Source: an uncultured Clostridia bacterium
GTDB lineage: Bacteria > Bacillota > Clostridia > Oscillospirales > SIG627
NCBI GenBank assembly: GCA_947589595.1
Contig: CANQBV010000001.1
Coordinates: forward strand, 67,223-131,222
Reading direction: 5' to 3'
Length of the DNA: 64,000 nucleotides
This document shows positions 50,501-60,552 of this stretch, piece after piece; position 1 is the stretch's first letter, and the number at the start of each line of letters is the position of its first letter. The translations under genes and the position numbers were made by a program. The notes beneath the pieces are model-generated. The model saw only the letters and a list, made by a program, of their open reading frames with translations. It had not been told where the DNA came from and searched no databases.

Positions 50501-51790
50501 TTACCGTTTTCTTTCCAGTACGTCGGCAAAAAAGCCGTCGTTTTCTCCGCCGCGGGGAAAGATCGTTTCCGCTTCGCCGCAGCGCTCAAATTCCGGGTGC
50601 CCCGCCAAAAAGGCAGAGGAAATCTCCTCGTTTTCCTGCGGATTCAGGGTGCAGGTGGCATAGAGGAGCTTCCCACCGGGCTTTACATACTGCGCCGAAG
50701 CAGCCAGAATTTTATACTGGATCTCGGGGAGCCCTGCGGAATCCTCCGGCTGTTTTAAGCGGATATCGCACTTTTTAGCGATCACGCCGTAGCCGGAGCA
50801 GGGAACGTCGCAGATCACCCTGTCCGCCCGGTTTTCAAAGCGCGGAATGGCAAAGGTAGAATCGTTTTCCCCGGTTTCCAAAGAAAGCCCTAATTGCCGC
50901 GCGCCTTCGCGGATCAGTTCCAAGCGGTTCGCGTGCAGCTCCAGGGAAATGACCTTGCCGGCGGGGCCGGCGTCAATGGCGGCGGAAAAGCTTTTTCCGC
51001 CCGGCGCCGCGCAAACGTCAATGACAAAATCGCCTTTTTGAACGGCAAGCTTTGCCATCGCCCGCTGCGCCGCCGCGTCCTGTACGAAAAAGAGCCCTTC
51101 TGCAAAACCCGGGATCGCGGTCGGGTCGCTTTTGTTTTCAATGGTAAGGGCGCCTTCACAAACCGCATTGCGGTGAAAGGCGACGCCGTTTTGCAAGAAT
51201 TTATCTTCCAGCTCTGTCTGCGAAATTCTTTGGGTATTCACGCGCAAAGTCAGCGCCGCTTTTTGGTTCTGCGCCTTTAAAATGGCTTCGCATTTTTCTT
51301 TTCCGTAGGCGTCGATCCAAAGAGAAACCAGCCATTTCGGGTAGGAATAGCGGAGCGAAAGTCCTTTTTTGCCGGGAAAATCCAGCAGGGCGGGGATGGT
51401 TTCTTTTTCCGCGGCGATTTTTCGCAGCACGGCGTTTACAAAGCCTTGTGCGCGCGGCGCTTTCTTTTTGGCAAGCTCGCCGCTTTCAAATATCGCCGCG
51501 CGATCCGGCACCCTGTCCCAGAACAGGATTTGAAAAACGCCCATTTCCAAAAGGATCTTTACGTTTTCATCCAGCTCCGGAAAGGGAAGGGAGCAAAACC
51601 GCGACAGCAGATAGTCAATGGTGATCTTCTTTTCGATGACGCCCAAATACAGCGCCGTGTAAAAGGCACGGTCTTTGGGGGAAAGTGCGGCGTTTTTCAG
51701 CACGGAATCACTTTCTAAATTGGAGAAAGCGCGGTTTTGAAAGGTTTTTTGCAGAGATCTGAAAACCAGAGCGCGCACGTTTTCGTTCAT
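50501..51790 (-). CDS. rsmB: 16S rRNA (cytosine967-C5)-methyltransferase RsmB (Sun)
   Basis: NusB-like N-domain, DVCAAPGGK SAM motif and catalytic YATCT. The ATG at 51790 shares one nt with the fmt stop (TGATG). The track extension to 51904 is Arg-rich and lies inside fmt. Confidence 0.93.
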   Translation of the reverse strand: MNENVRALVFRSLQKTFQNRAFSNLESDSVLKNAALSPKDRAFYTALYLGVIEKKITIDYLLSRFCSLPFPELDENVKILLEMGVFQILFWDRVPDRAAIFESGELAKKKAPRAQGFVNAVLRKIAAEKETIPALLDFPGKKGLSLRYSYPKWLVSLWIDAYGKEKCEAILKAQNQKAALTLRVNTQRISQTELEDKFLQNGVAFHRNAVCEGALTIENKSDPTAIPGFAEGLFFVQDAAAQRAMAKLAVQKGDFVIDVCAAPGGKSFSAAIDAGPAGKVISLELHANRLELIREGARQLGLSLETGENDSTFAIPRFENRADRVICDVPCSGYGVIAKKCDIRLKQPEDSAGLPEIQYKILAASAQYVKPGGKLLYATCTLNPQENEEISSAFLAGHPEFERCGEAETIFPRGGENDGFFADVLERKR

Positions 51791-52731
51791 CAGGAAAGGT
51801 ACTCTCCCAAAACAAGTTTTCTGCCGTTTACGGCGTCCGCTGCGGTCATTTTGCCTTTGCCTTCCGGCTGCACCAGCAAAAGCTCCAGCGCGCCCTCGCC
51901 GCACTGCACAACAACGCGCGGTTTTACGGAAACAATCTCGCCCGGGGCGCCCTGAGCGCCTTCATCGGAAAGACGAGCTTCGATAATTTTGAATCGCTTG
52001 CCGTCCTTTTGGGTGCGGCAGATTGCCGAGGGAAGGGGCGAAAGCCCGCGGATCTGATTGAAAATCTCCGCCGCCGGGCGGCTCCAATCGATTTTTTGAT
52101 CCGTCGCTGTGATTTTTGCGGCGTAGGTGGCGCGCGCTTCCTCCTGCTTTTGCAAAGAAAACGCCCGTTTTTCCAAAAGCGGGATCGCTTCTACGATCAT
52201 TTCCGCTCCCAAGGAGGCCAATTTTTCAAATAAAGTGCCGGCGGTTTCCTCCGGGGCAAGGGAAAGCTCTTTTTGCCATAAAACATCGCCCGTGTCCAGT
52301 CCGCGGTCCATTTGCATGATCGTGATGCCGGTCTTTTCTTTCCCGTCGATCAGGCAGCGATTGATCGGCGCCGCGCCGCGGTATTCCGGCAAAAGGGAGG
52401 CGTGAATATTGACACAGCCAAATTCCGGCTCGTCTAAAACATAGCCCGGCAAAAGCAGTCCGTAAGAAGCCACAATCACCAAATCGGCTCTCAAGGCGCG
52501 AAAGGTTTCCCCAAAGCTTTCCTCTTTCAGCGTTTGCGGCTGAAAAACCTCCAACTCCTTTTCGCGGGCAAAGGCTTCCACGCAGCCGGGCTTACACTTC
52601 ATGCCGCGCCCGGCAGGCTTTTGCGCTTTGGTAAATACCGTCAGACGGCAGCGATCTGCAAAATGCTCGTAAATCGCCTGCAGCGGCGCCAGCGCAAAGG
52701 CGCCTGTTCCCATGAAGACAAGGTGCTTCAT
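51790..52731 (-). CDS. fmt: Methionyl-tRNA formyltransferase
   Basis: MKHLVFMGTGAF N-terminus and HASLLPEYRGAAPI motif. ATGA overlap with def. Confidence 0.95.
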   Translation of the reverse strand: MKHLVFMGTGAFALAPLQAIYEHFADRCRLTVFTKAQKPAGRGMKCKPGCVEAFAREKELEVFQPQTLKEESFGETFRALRADLVIVASYGLLLPGYVLDEPEFGCVNIHASLLPEYRGAAPINRCLIDGKEKTGITIMQMDRGLDTGDVLWQKELSLAPEETAGTLFEKLASLGAEMIVEAIPLLEKRAFSLQKQEEARATYAAKITATDQKIDWSRPAAEIFNQIRGLSPLPSAICRTQKDGKRFKIIEARLSDEGAQGAPGEIVSVKPRVVVQCGEGALELLLVQPEGKGKMTAADAVNGRKLVLGEYLS

Positions 52732-53210
52732 TGTGCTTTTTCCAATTCTTCCAGCTCTTCGGGCGTGAGCATGCGGACGGCGTTGTCGTAAAACAGCTTG
52801 CCGTCCAAATGGTCGCACTCGTGGCAGATGGCTTTGGCAAGCAGCTCCTCTCCGCGATAGCGGACGGTTTTCCCTTCGCGGGTCAGCGTTTCCACGACCA
52901 CCTTCATCGGCCGCCGTGTGATCCCCCATTGACCGGGGCAGGAAAGGCAGCCCTCCAGTTCCTCCTGCTCACCGCTTGTTTTGATGATTTTCGGGTTGAT
53001 CAGTTCAAGCCGGGTTTCGCCCGTGTCGATCACAATCACGCGCTTCAGCTTGCCTACCTGCACGGCAGCAAGACCCACGCCGCCGGCCTTTGCCAGGGTG
53101 TCCTTCATATCCTCCAGAAGCTGGTTGATCTTTTCATCCGGGACTTGCACTTCTTTGGAGCGTTTGCGTAAGATTTCGTCCCCGTCTTTTACAATATTCA
53201 ATATGGCCAT
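52728..53210 (-). CDS. def: Peptide deformylase
   Basis: GVGLAAVQVG, EGCLS and HECDH metal-binding motifs, 160 aa. Confidence 0.97.
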   Translation of the reverse strand: MAILNIVKDGDEILRKRSKEVQVPDEKINQLLEDMKDTLAKAGGVGLAAVQVGKLKRVIVIDTGETRLELINPKIIKTSGEQEELEGCLSCPGQWGITRRPMKVVVETLTREGKTVRYRGEELLAKAICHECDHLDGKLFYDNAVRMLTPEELEELEKAQ

Positions 53211-53219
53211 GGTGCCTCC

Positions 53220-55466
53220 TCAGATCATGCCCGGATTGATGTCCAAAGTAAGCTTTGCCTGCCTGTCTTTGGGATCGCTCTGGGTGATCAATATGTTTTC
53301 AAACAAAGCGCGGGTGCGCCTGGTATTTTTAAACTTCAAAATAAAGCGTTTGCGGTAAATGCCCCGAATCTTATAAACCGTGGCGTCAAACGGGCCGTAA
53401 ACCACCAGGCTTACGTCCTGAAATTCGCCCGCCAGCTGGGTCGAAAGCTGATCGGCAAGGCGCTTGGCGCGCAGGAGAAGCCGGGCTTCATCTTCGTCCG
53501 CCAGGGTGAAAACGGCAAGCTCGCAGAACGGCGGAAACAAAAAAGATTTGCGCAGCGCGATTTCGCCCTCGTAAAATTCTTCATAATCCTGCCGTGCCGC
53601 CAGCGAAAACACGTTGTGCCGCGGATTGAGCGTTTGGATCAGCGCCCGCCCGGGTTTTTCTGCCCGTCCGGCTCTGCCGATCACCTGCGTCAGCAGGGAA
53701 TAAGTGTGTTCATACGCCCGGTAATCGCTGGTATACAGCGAGGTATCGGCAAAAACAATGCCCACCAGCGTAACGTTTGGAAAATTGTGCCCTTTGGCCA
53801 CCATTTGCGTACCGATCAAAACGTCGGCGTCGCCGCTTTGAAAACGGTTCAGGATCTCGTCCAGACTGCCCTTGCCGGTCACGGTGTCGGAATCCATGCG
53901 CAGAACGCGCGCCTGCGGGAATTTTTCCGCCAACTGCTCCTCTAAATGCTGAATCCCGTATCCGTGCAGCGCCAAATGCGCGCCGCCGCATTCCGGACAG
54001 TTTTCCGGCAGCGGGGCGGTGTAGCCGCAGTAGTGACACACAAGCCTGGGATTTTTGCCGTTGTGCACCGTTAAGGTTACGCTGCAGTGCGGACAGCGGA
54101 GAGCCGTGCCGCATTGCATACAGGAAACAAATTTGCGGTAGCCGCGCCGGTTCATCAGCAGAATTGTCTGTTCGCCGGCGTCGAGGTTGCGCTGAATTTC
54201 CGCGTGCAGCCGCTCTCCGATCAAGCAGGAGGGGTTATTTCGCAAATCACGGCGAATATCAATGATTCCCACCTCCGGCAGGCGCGAAGCGCCATAACGG
54301 TTTTTCAAGGTGACAAGGTGGTATTTATCATTTTTGGCTTTGTAATAGGATTCAATATCCGGCGTTGCCGAAGCGAGCAGCAGTAGCGCTCCGTGGCGGG
54401 CGGCACGGAAACGGGCGACGTCGCGCGCGTGGTATTTCAAAGCCGTGTCGGATTTGTAGCTGGAATCCTGCTCTTCGTCGATCACGATCAGCCCAATGTG
54501 CTCTAAAGGTGCAAAAATGGCGCTGCGGGTTCCCAGCACAATGCGTTTTTTTCCCTTGCCGATGGCAAGGATCGCATCGCGCCGTTCCCCTTCGGAAAGT
54601 GCAGAGTGCAAAATCGCTACCTCGTTTCCGTAGCGGGAAACAAGCAGCCGTGCACTCTGAGAAGTGAGCGCGATCTCCGGCACAAGAAAAATGACGTTTT
54701 TCCCCTGTGAGAGCACAAAATCGATCAGCGCCAACATGACGCTGGTTTTGCCGCTCCCGGTCACACCGTATAAAAGCGCGCCCTGTGCTTTGCCGGATTC
54801 TGCCAATTCTTTTAATTCCGAAAAGGCGTTTTCCTGCTCCTTGGAGAGCACAAGCTCGACGGGTGCGGCGTTTTGCAAAAGATCGGCAAAGGAATTGCGC
54901 ATTTCTTCTTTTTCACAAAAAAACACAACTTCCTTTTGCTCCAAAAGGCGCAGGGAAGAAGAGGAAATACCGAATCGCTTTTCGCATTCGACGGCTTCCG
55001 CCTGCTTGACGGTTTGCAGAAAACGCAGAAGCGCCAGGTATTTTTCTTTGTTTTTGCCGGAAAAGGAAGAGAGCGCCGTCTCCGGGTCTGTCTTGGCGTT
55101 TATCGCCAGGCAGCGCACGCTTTTGGCCGCTTTTTTATAAACCGGAGAGGGAAGAATGGCGCGGGCGGCGTCCCCGAAGGTGCAGAAGATCTGGCTGCGC
55201 AAATGCTCGCACAAATCCAACATTTCCTCCCCCAATGCGTATTCGGGCGGGAAGACCGAAAGGATTTCCTTACATTCACGCTGCGGGGCTTCTTGTCGGA
55301 CTTCCAGTACAATACCGTACTGTTCCCGGTTGCCCTTGCCGAAAGGAATTTTTACCAAATCGCCCCGTTTCGGAAACAGCGTTTCCGGGCAGAGGTAATC
55401 GTAGATCCGATCGGTCGCCTTTGCCGTGGACAAAAGCCGGATCGAGAGAATCTTTTTTTCTTCCAA
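53220..55466 (-). CDS. priA: Primosomal protein N' (replication restart helicase PriA)
   Basis: Walker A GVTGSGKTS, DEEQD box, Cys-rich Zn-binding insert (CMQCGTALRCPHC...CHYCGY...CPECGG). TTG start 8 nt after GGAGGG. Confidence 0.96.
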   Translation of the reverse strand: MEEKKILSIRLLSTAKATDRIYDYLCPETLFPKRGDLVKIPFGKGNREQYGIVLEVRQEAPQRECKEILSVFPPEYALGEEMLDLCEHLRSQIFCTFGDAARAILPSPVYKKAAKSVRCLAINAKTDPETALSSFSGKNKEKYLALLRFLQTVKQAEAVECEKRFGISSSSLRLLEQKEVVFFCEKEEMRNSFADLLQNAAPVELVLSKEQENAFSELKELAESGKAQGALLYGVTGSGKTSVMLALIDFVLSQGKNVIFLVPEIALTSQSARLLVSRYGNEVAILHSALSEGERRDAILAIGKGKKRIVLGTRSAIFAPLEHIGLIVIDEEQDSSYKSDTALKYHARDVARFRAARHGALLLLASATPDIESYYKAKNDKYHLVTLKNRYGASRLPEVGIIDIRRDLRNNPSCLIGERLHAEIQRNLDAGEQTILLMNRRGYRKFVSCMQCGTALRCPHCSVTLTVHNGKNPRLVCHYCGYTAPLPENCPECGGAHLALHGYGIQHLEEQLAEKFPQARVLRMDSDTVTGKGSLDEILNRFQSGDADVLIGTQMVAKGHNFPNVTLVGIVFADTSLYTSDYRAYEHTYSLLTQVIGRAGRAEKPGRALIQTLNPRHNVFSLAARQDYEEFYEGEIALRKSFLFPPFCELAVFTLADEDEARLLLRAKRLADQLSTQLAGEFQDVSLVVYGPFDATVYKIRGIYRKRFILKFKNTRRTRALFENILITQSDPKDRQAKLTLDINPGMI

Positions 55467-55489
55467 GCCTTTGCCCTCCGGTTTTTCTT

Positions 55490-55741
55490 TTATTCTTCTT
55501 TGGGAAGTATGATTTTAAATTCGCGGGAATGGAGCTTTTCGATCGCTTCCTTCACAGGCTTTTCCAAAGGAGCCTGCTTTTTGTAGCTGGAAAATTTGTC
55601 CTCTTTCATTTCCTGGGCGATCTCCTGTGCCTTTTCCAGCTGGCGGGTGGTAATTTTCCGCGCGCATTTGGCAGTGGCGATCGAAAGCATGTAGCGATTC
55701 ACGCCTTCGTCAGAAAGTTCCTGAATGGATGGATAGATCAT
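55490..55741 (-). CDS. rpoZ: DNA-directed RNA polymerase subunit omega
   Basis: 83 aa, N-terminus PSIQELSDEGVNRYMLSIATAKCARKIT typical of omega. CAGGAGGAA RBS. gmk-rpoZ adjacency. Confidence 0.9.
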   Translation of the reverse strand: MIYPSIQELSDEGVNRYMLSIATAKCARKITTRQLEKAQEIAQEMKEDKFSSYKKQAPLEKPVKEAIEKLHSREFKIILPKEE

Positions 55742-55776
55742 AATTTCCTCCTGAAAAATGGTTTTGAAATCTGAAA

Positions 55777-56391
55777 TTAAAGGGAAAATGAAGCCAAAAA
55801 TTTTGCCCGGTCACAAACGACGGCGTCGCTTTCGCTTTTGCCGGTTTTCATAATTTCCAAAATAGCGTCGGCGGCCTTTTCGGCGGCGCCGTCCGCATTC
55901 AGAACGACGTACTGGTATCGCTCGGAACGGAAAATTTCCTCCCGTGCGGCGCGCAGGCGGCTGCGGATCTCCTCTTCCTTTTCGGTGGCGCGGCCGCGCA
56001 GACGCGCCTCCAGCGTTTTATAGTCGGGCGGGGAAAGAAAGACGGAGGTATAGGAAGAAAGCTTTTGCATCACTTGTTCCGCACCGTCGGTTTCAATTTC
56101 CAAAACCGGAATAAAGCCGTTTTCGATCATATCGAAAAACTGCTTTTTCGGCGTGCCGTACAAATTGCCGCAATATTCGGTGTGCTCCAAAAAGCCGTCC
56201 TGAGCCAAAGTTTCTAAAAATTCCTCGCGGGAAACGAAATAATATTCTCTGCCGTTTTGTTCTCCCGGACGGGGACTGCGCGTCGTCATGGAAACGCTCA
56301 GGCGAAAGCGCGGGTCTTTTTCACGGATGCATTTCAGAACCGTGCCCTTTCCGCTGCCCGCCGAGCCGGAAAAAACAAGAACCTCATTCAT
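55777..56391 (-). CDS. gmk: Guanylate kinase
   Basis: P-loop [12 protein letters not shown] at 56391 follows GAGGTGGAAG and overlaps the remA end by 8 nt. Confidence 0.94.
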   Translation of the reverse strand: MNEVLVFSGSAGSGKGTVLKCIREKDPRFRLSVSMTTRSPRPGEQNGREYYFVSREEFLETLAQDGFLEHTEYCGNLYGTPKKQFFDMIENGFIPVLEIETDGAEQVMQKLSSYTSVFLSPPDYKTLEARLRGRATEKEEEIRSRLRAAREEIFRSERYQYVVLNADGAAEKAADAILEIMKTGKSESDAVVCDRAKFLASFSL

Positions 56392-56647
56392 CTTCTTCCA
56401 CCTCGTCGCGGGCTTCCTCACCGGCAAGCCGCCGCTTCATGGTTTCCGGCTGAATGGCGGAAAGAAGCACGTGACCGCTGTCGGTAATGATCACCGAGCG
56501 GGTTTTCCTGCCGCAGGTCACATCCACTGCCACGCCGCCGTCCTTGGCGTCCTGCACAAGCCGTTTGATCGGCGCGCTTTCCGGGCTGACCAGCGCCACC
56601 ACGCGGTGGGTGGCAACCAGATTCCCGAAACCGATATTGGTCATCAT
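56384..56647 (-). CDS. remA: RemA-family (DUF370) DNA-binding regulator
   Basis: 87 aa, IGFGNLV...[10 protein letters not shown]...[11 protein letters not shown] pattern typical of RemA/YlzA. ATG at 56647 follows AAGGAGA. The track extension to 56749 lies inside yicC. Confidence 0.88.
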   Translation of the reverse strand: MMTNIGFGNLVATHRVVALVSPESAPIKRLVQDAKDGGVAVDVTCGRKTRSVIITDSGHVLLSAIQPETMKRRLAGEEARDEVEEDE

Positions 56648-56661
56648 AGGGCGTCTCCTTT

Positions 56662-57540
56662 TTATTCGATATTCTGGATCTGTTCGCGGATCCGTTCGAT
56701 TTCGTTTTTCGCGTCGATCACCAGGTTTGTGATCTCCAAAAGGCTGCATTTAGAGCCGATGGTATTGACTTCCCGGTTCAATTCCTGGGTCAGAAAATCC
56801 AAGGTTCTGCCCGAGGGCGTATCCTGCAGGATCAGCTTACGAAACTGGGCAAGGTGGCTGCCGAGACGGGTGATCTCCTCGCCGGTGTCGATCTTATCGG
56901 CGATCAGCCCCACTTCGGTCAAAAGCCGCGCTTCGTCCGGCTTCCATTCTCCCAAAATTTCACGCAGGCGCGCCTCCAGCTTTTCGCGGTGGATCTGCAG
57001 CGCTTCGCCGGAATGGACCCGGATCTTTTCCAAAAGACTTTCCATGGCGTCAAGACGGGAGGAAAGATCTTCATAAAGATGCTTCCCTTCCGCTTTCCGC
57101 ATATCGGAAAAACGCGCCAGCGCTTCCTGCACGACCGGCTCTACGACTTTCCAAACGGCGTCTTCGTCTTCCTCTTTGGTCTTTTTGGCGAAAATGTCGG
57201 AAAACCTTGCCAGAGAGGAAACGGAAACGTCGTCCCGCAAATTGTGGTTGCGGGCAATTTTGTGCAGCGCCGTTACATATTGCGCCGCCAAGGCTTCGTC
57301 CAGCACAATCTCCGTACTGTCGCCGGCAAATTTTTCAATGGTCAAAAAGGCGTCGATTTTGCCGCGGCTCGCTTTTTTACGGATCTCCGCTTTGATTCGT
57401 TCTTCCAAATAGCCGTATACGCGCGGCAGGCGAATATTGACGTCTAAATAGCGGTTGTTGACCGATTTGATTTCAAAGGAAATCTGATATCCTTCCGAGG
57501 ATCCGACGCTTCTGCCGTATCCTGTCATGCTTTGAATCAT
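56662..57540 (-). CDS. yicC: YicC-family endoribonuclease/stress-induced protein
   Basis: N-terminus [11 protein letters not shown] and the C-terminal DUF1732-like segment EVNTIGSK, 292 aa. Confidence 0.9.
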   Translation of the reverse strand: MIQSMTGYGRSVGSSEGYQISFEIKSVNNRYLDVNIRLPRVYGYLEERIKAEIRKKASRGKIDAFLTIEKFAGDSTEIVLDEALAAQYVTALHKIARNHNLRDDVSVSSLARFSDIFAKKTKEEDEDAVWKVVEPVVQEALARFSDMRKAEGKHLYEDLSSRLDAMESLLEKIRVHSGEALQIHREKLEARLREILGEWKPDEARLLTEVGLIADKIDTGEEITRLGSHLAQFRKLILQDTPSGRTLDFLTQELNREVNTIGSKCSLLEITNLVIDAKNEIERIREQIQNIE

Positions 57541-57584
57541 ACAAGGACTCCCGAGAAATTTTGAAAAGTTTGTATCATTAAACT

Positions 57585-57613
57585 ATTATACTGAAAATCC
57601 CCGCTAAAGTCAA
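57585..57613 (-). promoter_or_regulatory. Consensus sigma-A promoter of the yicC-...-rsgA block
   Basis: Minus strand reads TTGACT (57613-57608), 17-nt spacer, TATAAT (57590-57585), about 45 nt upstream of the yicC ATG. Confidence 0.75.
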
Positions 57614-57759
57614 GACAACGGGCGGCTTCGGAGGGATTTTCGGGGGATTTTTTAAAAGCTTTTCCGGCAATCGGGCGCTTTTTATGAAAAATGTCAAAAC
57701 ACAAGGAAAAATCCGCCGTTTTTCGGTAAAACGCCCAGGAAAAAGTGCCGGAAAATTTC

Positions 57760-57788
57760 TTGACTTTTTTTCGGCGTTTTAGTATAAT
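57760..57788 (+). promoter_or_regulatory. Consensus sigma-A promoter of plsC-ispH/S1
   Basis: TTGACT (57760-57765), 17-nt spacer, TATAAT (57783-57788), about 30 nt upstream of the plsC ATG. Confidence 0.75.
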
Positions 57789-57818
57789 CAAAGAAATAGT
57801 AGGTGGAGTAGGTGTGAA

Positions 57819-58427
57819 ATGTCTTTTTATATGAAATTGAGACGAATCGCCAAAAAGCCTGTGCTCTGGCTTTTTCGCGTTTGTCTGAAGCGTGAACTCC
57901 CCGCCATACCGGACGGGCCGCTTTTGATTTGCAGCAATCACATTTCCAATGCCGATCCGCTTATGCTGGCCGTTCTTTGTACGAGGCAGATCACTTTTTT
58001 GGCCAAAAAAGAACTGTTTACAACGCCTGTTGTGGGGTGGATCGTAAAAAAGTGCGGCGCCATTCCCTTGGCGCGCGACGGGGGCGATTCCGCGGCTCTC
58101 CGTCAGGCGATCCGTTTGCTTCAGGAGGGCAAGGTGGTCATGCTGTTCCCGCAGGGAAAGCGCTGCCGCGAACCATTTGAAAACACCGAAGTCAAAAAAG
58201 GTGTCGGCATGCTTGTCGCGCTGACAAAAACGCCGGTGCTCAACTTCGGGATCTATGCCAAAAAATACCGCGTTCGCCCGTTCCGTAAAACCATGGTCGT
58301 GCCCGGAGAAATCAAACGGTATGAAATTCCCGAGGGCGTTTCCCGGAAAGAGGAAACCGCCTATCTTTCCGAAGCCGTTTATGCCGATATTGTCCGGCTT
58401 TCGAAAGAAGCCGAAAAAGCCGAATGA
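57819..58427 (+). CDS. plsC: 1-acyl-sn-glycerol-3-phosphate acyltransferase
   Basis: HX4D motif NHISNADP and FPQGKR block, 202 aa. Confidence 0.9.
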   Translation: MSFYMKLRRIAKKPVLWLFRVCLKRELPAIPDGPLLICSNHISNADPLMLAVLCTRQITFLAKKELFTTPVVGWIVKKCGAIPLARDGGDSAALRQAIRLLQEGKVVMLFPQGKRCREPFENTEVKKGVGMLVALTKTPVLNFGIYAKKYRVRPFRKTMVVPGEIKRYEIPEGVSRKEETAYLSEAVYADIVRLSKEAEKAE

Positions 58428-60499
58428 GAATTCTGCTTTCGGAGCATGCCGGGTTCTGCTTTGGCGTGCGCCGCGCGGTGGGGCTGATCGAAGAAGAACT
58501 GGCTCGCGGTGAAAAAGCGATTTATACGTTAGGCCATATCATTCATAACGAAGATTTCAACGCGTCTCTTGTCGAAAGGGGCGTTGTCAATATCACAGAA
58601 GACGATCTGGATTCGCTTCCGTGCGAAAAGGCCGTCGTCTTCATTCGCACGCACGGCGTACCATGCAAAACGCTGCAGAAGTTAGAAGATCTCGGGCTGC
58701 CGTATTTAGACGCAACCTGCCCGTTTGTGAAGAAAATTCACCAGATCGTCCGCAAAGAAGCCGCCGCGCAAAAGGAAAGCGGCGAGCCGTGCTCGATCCT
58801 TTTGATGGGGGATTCCGATCACCCGGAGGTTTTGGGAATCGTAAGCTACGCGGAGGCCATTCCGGTCACGGTAATCGCGAATTCCGAAGATCTTTTGCGC
58901 TATGCCGAAAACTGCGACCGAAGCCGCCGGCATATCTTTCTTTCGCAAACCACGCACAGCTTAGCGGAATGGGAACGGTGCCTGGCCAAGGCCAAAGAAA
59001 TTTTTCCGTCTCTCACCGTTTATGATACCATTTGCAACGTCACGGAAGAACGGCAGAAAGAAGTCGCCGAGATTGCCAAAAAAGCGGACTTATGTGTGAT
59101 CGTAGGCGGCAAAAACAGCAGCAATACCCGGAAACTGAAATCAGTCAGCGAGGCCTATTGTAAAACCGTTCACGTCCGCAACGCCGGAGAGTTGGATCCG
59201 GCAATTTTCAAACAGGAAATGACTGTCGGTGTGACAGCGGGAGCTTCCACACCAGACAGTATTATCAAGGAGGTAATCACTACAATGTCGCAAGTCAACG
59301 ACGAACTGAGCTTTGAGGAACTGCTCAACCAATCATTCAAGACTATAAGAACAGGAGAAGAAGCAACCGGGGTTGTCACCAGCATTTTTGCAAATGAGCT
59401 GCATGTTGATTTAGGCATTAAGCATACCGGCATTCTGCCTTCCTCGGAAGTGTCCGAGCAGGAAGCAGATCTGGCTGCCAACTTTAAGATCGGCGATCAG
59501 ATTACCGTTTTGGTACAGAAATTCAACGATGCCGACGGCACCGTACAGGTTTCGAAAAAGAGAGTAGACAGCCGCGCCAATTGGTCGAAGGTGCTGGAAG
59601 CCAAAGAACAGGGAACCGTTCTTTCCGGCAACGTCGTTTCCGTTATCAAGGGCGGTGTGCTCGTATCTGCCGAGGGACAGAATCTGTTTGTCCCCGCTTC
59701 GCTCACCGGTCTTTCCCGAGGAGCGGATCTGAATGAGCTGATGGGAAAGGAAGTGCAATTTCGTATTATCGAAGTCGACCCTGCCAGAAAGAGAGCGGTC
59801 GCTTCGATCCGTGCCGTTCTGCAGGAACAGAAGAAAGCCGCCGAAGAAAAATTCTGGGCGGAAGTTGCAGTCGATAAGGTTTACACCGGAAAAGTGAAAT
59901 CGCTCACTTCCTACGGCGCCTTTGTCGATCTCGGCGGTGTAGACGGCATGGTACATATCACCGAGCTTTCCTGGCAGAAGATTAAAAATCCCGCGGAAGT
60001 GGTTCATGTGGGCGATGAGATCACGGTTCGTGTGAAAGAGATCAATCCCGAGACTAAAAAGATCTCTCTGGCTTACAAAACCGAAGAAGAAAATCCTTGG
60101 AATCTTATTAAGGATCGCTATCAGGTAGGCGATACCGCCACCGTGAAGATCGTCAATCTCACTCCTTTCGGCGCCTTTGCCGAAGTGATCCCCGGGATCG
60201 ACGGCCTGATCCACATTTCCCAAATCTCCGATCACAAGATCGCGACTCCTGCCGACGTACTCAAGGTTGGGGATGAAGTGGAAGCGGAGATCGTCGATAT
60301 CAAATACGATACGAAGAAAGTCAGTCTTTCGATCCGCTCCCTTTTGGAAAAGAAGCGCGCCGCTGAGGAAGAGGCGATTCTGAAAGAAAACGCCGACGTG
60401 ATCGTCAGCACCGAAGACGAAGCTCAGCCGGAAACTTTTCAAGAAACGGCCGAGGCTGCCGAGGAAGCTTCTCCCGTAGAAGAACCCAAAGCGGAATAA
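58424..60499 (+). CDS. ispH: Bifunctional 4-hydroxy-3-methylbut-2-enyl diphosphate reductase (IspH) fused to a four-domain ribosomal protein S1
   Basis: The N-terminal ~285 aa is IspH/LytB (HAGFCFGV... with Cys ligands). The C-terminal ~400 aa carries four S1 OB-fold repeats (for example YGAFVDLGGVDGMVHITELS and FGAFAEVIPGIDGLIHISQIS). It is a single uninterrupted ORF of 691 aa. Confidence 0.93.
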   Translation: MRILLSEHAGFCFGVRRAVGLIEEELARGEKAIYTLGHIIHNEDFNASLVERGVVNITEDDLDSLPCEKAVVFIRTHGVPCKTLQKLEDLGLPYLDATCPFVKKIHQIVRKEAAAQKESGEPCSILLMGDSDHPEVLGIVSYAEAIPVTVIANSEDLLRYAENCDRSRRHIFLSQTTHSLAEWERCLAKAKEIFPSLTVYDTICNVTEERQKEVAEIAKKADLCVIVGGKNSSNTRKLKSVSEAYCKTVHVRNAGELDPAIFKQEMTVGVTAGASTPDSIIKEVITTMSQVNDELSFEELLNQSFKTIRTGEEATGVVTSIFANELHVDLGIKHTGILPSSEVSEQEADLAANFKIGDQITVLVQKFNDADGTVQVSKKRVDSRANWSKVLEAKEQGTVLSGNVVSVIKGGVLVSAEGQNLFVPASLTGLSRGADLNELMGKEVQFRIIEVDPARKRAVASIRAVLQEQKKAAEEKFWAEVAVDKVYTGKVKSLTSYGAFVDLGGVDGMVHITELSWQKIKNPAEVVHVGDEITVRVKEINPETKKISLAYKTEEENPWNLIKDRYQVGDTATVKIVNLTPFGAFAEVIPGIDGLIHISQISDHKIATPADVLKVGDEVEAEIVDIKYDTKKVSLSIRSLLEKKRAAEEEAILKENADVIVSTEDEAQPETFQETAEAAEEASPVEEPKAE

Positions 60500-60513
60500 A
60501 AATTGCAATATGA

Positions 60514-60552
60514 AATTTGCCGGAAACGAAATCGCTTCCGGCAAATTTTTTC
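60514..60552. terminator. Bidirectional rho-independent terminator between ispH/S1 and the convergent GerA-family gene
   Basis: 12-bp stem AATTTGCCGGAA (60514-60525) / TTCCGGCAAATT (60536-60547), followed by a T-run. Confidence 0.88.

Noticed and set aside
57537-57941. 134-aa minus-strand ORF covering the yicC/plsC divergent promoter region
   Set aside because: It spans two consensus promoters and the 5' end of plsC. It has no RBS and a low-complexity basic product.
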